From Candidatus Lokiarchaeum ossiferum (lineage in GTDB: Archaea; Asgardarchaeota; Lokiarchaeia; Sigyniarchaeales; Promethearchaeaceae): a stretch of 32,000 bases of DNA. The notes under the pieces are model-generated. The model did not search any database. It was not told the DNA's origin and saw only the letters and a program-made list of their open reading frames with translations. Below are positions 16,069 to 21,943 of the stretch, in pieces. The position numbers and the translations under genes were made by a program. The first letter of the stretch is position 1, and each line of letters starts with the position of its first letter. The stretch is taken from assembly GCA_025839675.1 (NCBI GenBank), contig CP104013.1, forward strand, positions 1,020,001 to 1,052,000. The letters run 5' to 3'.

Positions 16069-17463
16069 TTATTTGACCATGAAGTAAAAACGTGTGCCCA
16101 ATCGGAATGATTTATCAATTTTGGCCATTTTCCGCTCCACCAGGAAATCAAGCGCTTCTTTCACGCGAAATTCAGTCCAACCCAATTTGGTCATGATTTC
16201 TTCTTTTGTCAGAACCCCGGTGGTTTGAGCAAATTTCAATAAACGAGAAGGATCTTCAGTCAATTCTAAAGGATGGAATAATACCATATAATATCCCGTT
16301 GGAAGCTTTTGTACTTCAGAAATCAGCCCACTTTTGACCATTTTTTTAACAATTTTGACAAATTTTTTCATAGATAAATTCCAATCAGGATAATCTTGGG
16401 ATATTTCAGTATATAAAGCAGCCATGGGTAATTGGACTTCTGCAACTTCTTTTAGTTCGGCACCCTTCATTAAGACATATGTACGAATTTGATTTTCAAT
16501 TTCTTTATTCTTCTGCTTCCCTTTAAGACCAGCATGTAACTTACGAATACTAGTTTGTAAATCTTCAGCAAGTTCCTCAGCATGAACACCATTTTCATGA
16601 TAAACGCGAAGTAGAACGGTTCCATGATCTTTATGACAATTCATTTGATATTCAATTAACTCTTTTGGGACACCTTGATCATGGATAACAAAAGATCGAG
16701 ACGTAGTAAATCCCTTCTTTTTCTCATCAGTAATTTTCTCATCAAAAAGTTCATAGCTGGTAAATAATCCAACGATGCTTTGATCCAACATCTTGGGATC
16801 GGAAGAATCAAAGTTCAAATCCAAACTTTCAGTTGCTTGAACCATGTTGCTACTTTTCACATTAGCAATTAAATTTTGCAATATATTGAGCTTCATTTGT
16901 TCTGTTCGATCTATTTTTTGCTGTTCTAAAGCATTTTCCATGTGTTCTAATTCATCATCAGCATATTTTTCAAGAAAAATTTGAGTCGTAGGGCCTATTT
17001 CAACAGGCAATAAAGGCTGAGCTTTAATTGCAAACCCTCGAAGAATCATTATACCTTTACCCGCATCAATCGCACTTTTAACTTCTGTCCCAACATCATA
17101 TATATTACCCAAGAGACCATCCTTGATGCTTGCTGTCCAATTCCCAGGTGTAATCGCCAGATTCTTTTCAGAAATGCCAAATGTGATCTCTTCAGCGTGG
17201 GATAAATTATATGGATATAAATCGACTGTATCATTTTGACTGAGAATTCCTGAGAGGTATTTATCAACTTCCAAGAGTGGAATGTCATTATGAGAAGAAT
17301 CCTCCACAATTTCAAGAATTTTTACAATAAATGAATAGGTTTTCGATCGAATTGTGGAAATTGCAATATAAGTTTGACCAGAAGAAATATTCGGAGTTGA
17401 TTCAGAGCAATGAAGAATTGCTTGCTTCCGAGTTTGAGGGCTAAGTTTTACTTTCATTTTCAT
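16069..17463 (-). CDS. CDC48-N-like (double-psi barrel/beta-clam) domain, a central alpha/beta region and C-terminal tandem winged-helix domains; last gene of the E1-JAMM operon
   Basis: The N-terminal ~175 aa (16939-17463) end in QPLLPVEIGPTTQIFLEK, paralleling VAT/CDC48-N ...PSKVPVEIGEETKIEIREE (recalled). The C-terminus (about 16072-16461) has two WH-like units: FVKIVKKMVKSGLISEVQKLPTGYYMVLF and VLTKEEIMTKLGWTEFRVKEALDFLVERKMAKIDKSFRLGTRFYF. The second strongly recalls EAP30/Vps22-type WH sequences. Confidence 0.6.
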   Translation of the reverse strand: MKMKVKLSPQTRKQAILHCSESTPNISSGQTYIAISTIRSKTYSFIVKILEIVEDSSHNDIPLLEVDKYLSGILSQNDTVDLYPYNLSHAEEITFGISEKNLAITPGNWTASIKDGLLGNIYDVGTEVKSAIDAGKGIMILRGFAIKAQPLLPVEIGPTTQIFLEKYADDELEHMENALEQQKIDRTEQMKLNILQNLIANVKSSNMVQATESLDLNFDSSDPKMLDQSIVGLFTSYELFDEKITDEKKKGFTTSRSFVIHDQGVPKELIEYQMNCHKDHGTVLLRVYHENGVHAEELAEDLQTSIRKLHAGLKGKQKNKEIENQIRTYVLMKGAELKEVAEVQLPMAALYTEISQDYPDWNLSMKKFVKIVKKMVKSGLISEVQKLPTGYYMVLFHPLELTEDPSRLLKFAQTTGVLTKEEIMTKLGWTEFRVKEALDFLVERKMAKIDKSFRLGTRFYFMVK

Positions 17464-17508
17464 TCACAGCTGTCTTTGTTAAAAAATATAGATTCAGAAT
17501 TTATAATT

Positions 17509-18942
17509 TTATTGTTGGATCATTTGGATGATCTGAGAAACTTCATCTCGTTTCTCAAAATTTCCTCGAATGTTGTAAATATCTTGAAGCACATATAAGA
17601 TTTCACAAGATTCTATGGCTTTTCCAGAAAAGATTAGATATTTTGCGCGCTTAAACATAGATTGCATGATATTGTCATCTTGCTGGAATATTTGATCATG
17701 ATTTGGAAAATATTCAGCAGCTAACGGTGAAAGTCCATCTAAAGTGTTTTTAAATGCATTGATCTTATCAATAAAAGAAGGAATATGACGATTCATAACA
17801 TTTAACATCATAGATAATCCTGGATAAGGTAATTGGATAGGAGCAGGAGCAATAATTTCTAAATTACGTGGGGTTTTTCCTTCAAATATACATCTTGATA
17901 CAGATTGAATCATTAAATCCATAACCTCTGCTTTTATTTTTGCAATCATATCTTCTTGAATTTCTGCTTTCTGAGAATTCAAAATTTGGTGAAAACTAAA
18001 ATATATATCACCTTGCAATTGAATTTCTTTATTTGAAGACATTTTTTTGGAAATATTAGTATTTGAACAAGAGAGATCTATGAAAATAGAAGATTTTTTT
18101 TTAAACATTCGTTTCAAGGTATTTTGGGGCAAATTTCCGAGAGAATGTGAAGATTTAAGCTTAATAACTTCATTTTCAAAGAGTTCCTTTGATGTTTCTA
18201 AAGGGGGAATCCCGCGCTTACTTTGATGATCTACATATCGTTTTCGTTTTTTGGTGCTTTCGACAAGAAAACTAAATTGTCCATGGCTCCAAATATGTTC
18301 AAAATTTCCCATGAGGTGTTTTAATAAGACTTGATTAATCATACCTGAGATCGGTATCATCAGATCGATAGAAAGGTGACAATAAGTGTTTATACTATTG
18401 AAATGTTCAATCGGAGATATTTCTTCGGTCATTTCGATTTCATTCGTGGATTTTTCTTCCGACGATAACTGAAACCATCGAGTTTTATTCTGTTCATCAT
18501 CTTCCGAGGAATTGCTATTTGTGACTGCACTTATCATCTTTGGATAGTAGCGTGCTAAATTTTGTAAAGTTCTATCATCTACGCTAGAATGGAAGATATC
18601 CGCTGGATGAGAGTGATAAATACCAATCATCCCCACCCCATGAGGAAGGGAAGAACTAAGTTCTTGAACTTCTCGAGGATCGGGTGCCGCACCAATATAA
18701 GTCTGAAGCTGATATCGTTGACAGGCAACGGCTGTGAGAACGATTAAATCGCCTTCAGGATTTTCTCTCCCGATTAACCACCCATAGATTTCTTTTGGAG
18801 AAGATAAAGCATGGTTTTTAATAAAATCAAGTATCCATGGCGCAATAATCTTTTTTGGACCATCCTTACGAGTTATAATCTTTTTTTCCAAGTTTTTTTG
18901 GCGGTCCCATTCTTCTTCACCCATAATTTCTCTTTCTGACAT
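17509..18942 (-). CDS. JAMM/MPN+ metalloprotease (Rpn11/JAB1-like isopeptidase) with a C-terminal extension of about 330 aa and unknown fold
   Basis: Glu motif PKEIYGWLIGRE. The complete H-x-H-x7-S-x2-D motif is HSHPADIFHSSVDD (18574-18615). The rest of the 477-aa protein has no motif I recognise. Confidence 0.9.
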   Translation of the reverse strand: MSEREIMGEEEWDRQKNLEKKIITRKDGPKKIIAPWILDFIKNHALSSPKEIYGWLIGRENPEGDLIVLTAVACQRYQLQTYIGAAPDPREVQELSSSLPHGVGMIGIYHSHPADIFHSSVDDRTLQNLARYYPKMISAVTNSNSSEDDEQNKTRWFQLSSEEKSTNEIEMTEEISPIEHFNSINTYCHLSIDLMIPISGMINQVLLKHLMGNFEHIWSHGQFSFLVESTKKRKRYVDHQSKRGIPPLETSKELFENEVIKLKSSHSLGNLPQNTLKRMFKKKSSIFIDLSCSNTNISKKMSSNKEIQLQGDIYFSFHQILNSQKAEIQEDMIAKIKAEVMDLMIQSVSRCIFEGKTPRNLEIIAPAPIQLPYPGLSMMLNVMNRHIPSFIDKINAFKNTLDGLSPLAAEYFPNHDQIFQQDDNIMQSMFKRAKYLIFSGKAIESCEILYVLQDIYNIRGNFEKRDEVSQIIQMIQQ

Positions 18943-18951
18943 TATTTCACC

Positions 18952-19728
18952 TTATTCTAAATCGGAACATGCAGGACATTTTGGATCTCTCGAAGTAATA
19001 AAATTTCGAAATTCACCCGTTAAAGCATTATAGGTTTGATAATCTACCAACGTTCCAAGATTTAACATATATTTTAATGCTTCTTGTACCTGCAACGAAG
19101 CAATAATTGCCATTGTTGTAGGTAATGAAGCAGTACATGCTTCTCCCCTCTCCTTTTTTTCATTCGTTCCTTTCAAACGAGCAGTGCACATCATGCAAGC
19201 ACTTTTACCGGGAAAAATAGGATGAACATTTCCTGAGAGAGCAGAACGTGATACACCTGCATCAATTAATAATTTTTTATGATTGATGCATTTCTGATTA
19301 CAAAAACTCCGAGCAGGATAATTATCAAGCCCCATTAAAACCAAATCAGATTTACTCACTGCTTCGTCAAATTGGTCATCAATACCCCACATCATAATAT
19401 CCCCATGAACTGCGATAATATTAACATCAGGATTGATTTCAATTAAACGCTGTTCAACGACTTTGACTTTGGGAACACCTATATCAGCTTCCATGAAACC
19501 AACACGATTCAAATTTACTGCTTCTACAATGTCATAATCAAAAATATAAATTGTTCCTATTCCACACCGAGCGAGCATTTCAGAAGAGATGATTCCCAAT
19601 CCCCCTACCCCAGCAATGGTAACAGATTTTTGTCTTAAGGACTCCCAAGAGATATCGTAACCAAATTGCCTTATTGCTTTTAAGCGAGTATATCTATCTT
19701 CTTTTTTATCCGATATTTGAGTTTCCAA
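18952..19728 (-). CDS. E1-like adenylating/activating enzyme, UBA5-like (ThiF/MoeB fold, four Zn cysteines, catalytic Cys loop)
   Basis: GVGGLGIISSEMLARCGIGTIYIFDYDIVEAVNLNR (nucleotide-binding block). GVSRSALSGNVHPIFPGKSACMMC plus KCPAC give the Cys4 zinc site. GEACTASLPTTMAIIASLQVQEALKYMLNLGT carries a Cys at 19135-19137 that aligns with the UBA5 catalytic Cys context [16 protein letters not shown] (recalled from memory). Confidence 0.9.
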   Translation of the reverse strand: METQISDKKEDRYTRLKAIRQFGYDISWESLRQKSVTIAGVGGLGIISSEMLARCGIGTIYIFDYDIVEAVNLNRVGFMEADIGVPKVKVVEQRLIEINPDVNIIAVHGDIMMWGIDDQFDEAVSKSDLVLMGLDNYPARSFCNQKCINHKKLLIDAGVSRSALSGNVHPIFPGKSACMMCTARLKGTNEKKERGEACTASLPTTMAIIASLQVQEALKYMLNLGTLVDYQTYNALTGEFRNFITSRDPKCPACSDLE

Positions 19729-19928
19729 TATTGTTCAATCCGATTTCTGGTATTTTGGATATTATTTTTCTTGACTAAATATTGGATCAGATGTAATTAA
19801 AATTTTCGATAGTTACACTACTTGAGGGAATCTCAAAAAATGATTAAGATAAAATTTTAAATCATAACTGCCATAGATAAAGCAATATAATATCGCTATG
19901 TTTACGATAAAAAGATAAGAATTAGAAG
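19729..19928. promoter_or_regulatory. Divergent intergenic region between the E1-JAMM-CDC48N/WH operon (minus) and the Ubl-E2 pair (plus); presumed bidirectional promoter
   Basis: A 200-bp AT-rich spacer between divergently oriented first genes. It contains several TATA-like stretches and an inverted repeat TATCG-N9-CGATA just upstream of the Ubl start. No TSS can be assigned from sequence alone. Confidence 0.35.
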
Positions 19929-20210
19929 ATGAAAATTATGAGTGATAATACGATAATGTTCTATTTTACAACTCGGGTTGGTCCAGAGAAACGTCAGATC
20001 CCTTTTCCCGCAAGTCCTTCCTTAGATTTTGTAGATGTAATTGAAGAAGTATGTAAAAAATTTGGAGTTTCAATGCAAACTCTAAGTTTGGCCACCCCGA
20101 CAGGATTAGTTCTAACAAATACAGATTTAATGGAGTCTGTATCAAAAGTTGCGGATAAATATGGATTTGCCTTTGAAATTATTGATCAAGGGGTTGTCGG
20201 TGGAAATTAA
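19929..20210 (+). CDS. Ubiquitin-fold modifier, UFM1-like, ending in ...VVGG-N
   Basis: 93 aa. It aligns without gaps to human UFM1 (recalled) over the N-terminal block (FYFTT..P......P.S..F..VI.....KF.V...T...T..G) and the C-terminal block (VADKYGFAFEIIDQGVVG vs VFLKHGSELRIIPRDRVG). Gly-Gly lies at 20199-20204, followed by one Asn and the stop. Confidence 0.8.
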   Translation: MKIMSDNTIMFYFTTRVGPEKRQIPFPASPSLDFVDVIEEVCKKFGVSMQTLSLATPTGLVLTNTDLMESVSKVADKYGFAFEIIDQGVVGGN

Positions 20211-20789
20211 ATGGTAAATGGGGAAGCAAAAGTTTCCGGCTGGAATGCTGGACTTGCAGAACGATATATCCCACCTTTCCAAGATAAATGGGGAAAAGTT
20301 GGTCCCAAACATTCAGCATGGCATGAACGAGTTAAACTGGAGATTATTTCTTTATCAAAATATGTAACTTTTTTAAAAAGTGAACTTCCCCGTCCATGGT
20401 TCCTATTAAAACCCGATGCAAATCCGCGATATAATTTTAGCCTATGGAAAGGACATCTCCAAATTCCGTCCAGACCAGAAATTCGGTTTGACATGGTAAT
20501 TTTACTGAACTCAGAATATCCTCGAGTTATTCCCCGCTGCTTATTAGAGAAAAATATTGCCAATTACTGTGGGAAAATTTATCTAAAAAACTCATGGAAA
20601 GATCCTCAAACAGGTAAAGAATATGTCATGATTTGCCATGATCATATGGCTGAACTTGCAAATGCATGGGAATCAAATTTAGGCATTGTTCATTTCTTCA
20701 TTCGCGAAGTTTGGTTCTGGTTTGCAGCGATGCAAAATATAATCATTAAAAATTGGGATAAAACCAATGAAACTTCAACTAGAAAGTAA
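20211..20789 (+). CDS. E2-like conjugating enzyme, UFC1-like UBC fold
   Basis: GPKHSAWHERVKLEIISLSKYV vs UFC1 [30 protein letters not shown] vs DWFRLES. RFDMVILLNSEYPRVIP vs EFDIEFDIPITYPTTAP. ICHDHMAELANAW..LGIVH vs ICLTDHFKPLWAR..FGLAH (UFC1 recalled from memory). The candidate catalytic Cys142 is at 20634-20636. The ATG directly abuts the Ubl stop codon. Confidence 0.75.
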   Translation: MVNGEAKVSGWNAGLAERYIPPFQDKWGKVGPKHSAWHERVKLEIISLSKYVTFLKSELPRPWFLLKPDANPRYNFSLWKGHLQIPSRPEIRFDMVILLNSEYPRVIPRCLLEKNIANYCGKIYLKNSWKDPQTGKEYVMICHDHMAELANAWESNLGIVHFFIREVWFWFAAMQNIIIKNWDKTNETSTRK

Positions 20790-20830
20790 TTTTGAATTAA
20801 AAAAAATGATTTTCTCTCTTTTTTTGTGAA

Positions 20831-21922
20831 TTAAGAAACCTCTTGCCGAATATCGAATAAACTAACCCATTGATAATAAACTTGATAACATTCAGGACAG
20901 AAAATCACTGCCCTGGTCACCAATTGATTATTCTTCACCTTATAAGACCCATCTTCTTGATCGAAATTCTTGAGAATGTTCTCCGATTTGCAGCGAGGAC
21001 AAACATTAATATCTTGAAAATCAATGAAACGAAAATCAGGATTGAGAATTTTTTCCACCTTATCCTTTTCTTTCTGCATTTGTACAATTTTGTCCATCTC
21101 TTGCATGCCTTCATCATCTGCATGAATAGATTCGGTACTTTCTGAATCAATTTTTCCCAGTTCCCGAATTATCTGCCCATCTTTGATGATTAAAGTCCGA
21201 TCCGCAATTTTTCGGACTTCTGGGTTGTGAGTGACTATCACAATAGATTTATCCGGATTTTTTTGAATGAACTGTCTAAAAATGTTCATAATTTTTTCTG
21301 ACGAGATAGAATCAATATTACCCGTAGGTTCATCGGCCAAAATAATAGTGGGATTATTTGCAAATGCCATTGCAATTGCCACTCGCTGTTTTTCCCCACC
21401 TGATAGCGTAAAAGGACGATGATGTGCACGATCTTCTAACCCGATTTCTTTAATGAGCTCATGAACTCGAGTTCGTTTATACTCATTGCTCTTCTTCGCA
21501 ATAGTCATAGGCAATTCTACATTTCCTTCTGCGGTCAAACTGGGAATAAGGTTAAAAAATTGAAAGACTATACCAATTTCATTTTGCAAAATTTGCTGCA
21601 CTCCTTCATCCTTCATACGAGTAACATCAAACCCACGAATGAACACATGCCCTGCACTGGCTTGATCCATCCCAGATATGACGTTTAAAAGAGTTGTTTT
21701 TCCTGATCCTGAAGGACCCATAATCACAACAATCTCTCCAGCGTAAATATTCATATTGACTCCCTTAAGGGCGACTACTTCCAAATTACCTTGTTGGAAG
21801 ATGCGAAAGACATTTTGACAACTAATGTTCACTTGTCGTTGTTTTAAAGGGAGACTCTTATCATCGGACGCATTTATAAAGCCTTCATCCATTTTAGATG
21901 CTTCAGTTTCATTTTTTATCAT
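20831..21922 (-). CDS. ABC transporter ATP-binding protein (MacB/LolD-type) with a C-terminal extension of about 110 aa ending in a zinc ribbon; copy 1
   Basis: Walker A GPSGSGKTT, Q-loop, signature LSGGEKQRVAIA, Walker B ILADEPTGNID, H-loop VTHN. The tail has CPRC...x33...CPEC (20888-21001). Confidence 0.95.
   Translation of the reverse strand: MIKNETEASKMDEGFINASDDKSLPLKQRQVNISCQNVFRIFQQGNLEVVALKGVNMNIYAGEIVVIMGPSGSGKTTLLNVISGMDQASAGHVFIRGFDVTRMKDEGVQQILQNEIGIVFQFFNLIPSLTAEGNVELPMTIAKKSNEYKRTRVHELIKEIGLEDRAHHRPFTLSGGEKQRVAIAMAFANNPTIILADEPTGNIDSISSEKIMNIFRQFIQKNPDKSIVIVTHNPEVRKIADRTLIIKDGQIIRELGKIDSESTESIHADDEGMQEMDKIVQMQKEKDKVEKILNPDFRFIDFQDINVCPRCKSENILKNFDQEDGSYKVKNNQLVTRAVIFCPECYQVYYQWVSLFDIRQEVS
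20835..21825. repeat. Direct repeat copy A (991 bp, 100% identical to 30445-31435)
   Basis: I compared the two copies block by block by eye and every 60-nt line is identical at an offset of 9610. The first mismatches are at 20834/30444 and 21826/31436. Confidence 0.9.
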
Positions 21923-21943
21923 TTTTTTGCATACCTCAATACT

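Noticed and set aside
16069-17463. Calling this protein an ESCRT-II subunit (Vps22/Vps36, EAP30)
   Set aside because: Only the last WH unit resembles EAP30-type sequences by eye. The N-terminal CDC48-N-like domain and the operon context with E1/JAMM do not fit canonical ESCRT-II. No Vps25, ESCRT-III or Vps4 genes are in the window.
15924-17598. ORFs 15924-16151, 17049-17315 and 17410-17598
   Set aside because: They overlap the ends or interior of the PAS, CDC48N/WH and JAMM genes in other frames or on the other strand. No motifs are present.
18952-20210. Interpreting the E1 plus small beta-grasp protein as a MoeB/ThiF-MoaD/ThiS sulfur-carrier (SAMP/Urm1-type) pair
   Set aside because: A UBC-fold E2 is encoded immediately after the Ubl. 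The E1 carries the UBA5-like catalytic Cys loop (CTASLPTTM). There is no rhodanese domain, and no molybdopterin or thiamine genes are nearby.
20207-20563. 118-aa minus-strand ORF opposite the E2 gene
   Set aside because: It is antisense to an ORF with UBC/UFC1-like blocks. Accepting it would break the tight Ubl-E2 coupling.
20835-21825. The 991-bp repeat as an insertion sequence or other mobile element
   Set aside because: It encodes only the ABC ATPase. There is no transposase or integrase, no terminal inverted repeats and no target-site duplication. The edges coincide with the CDS.
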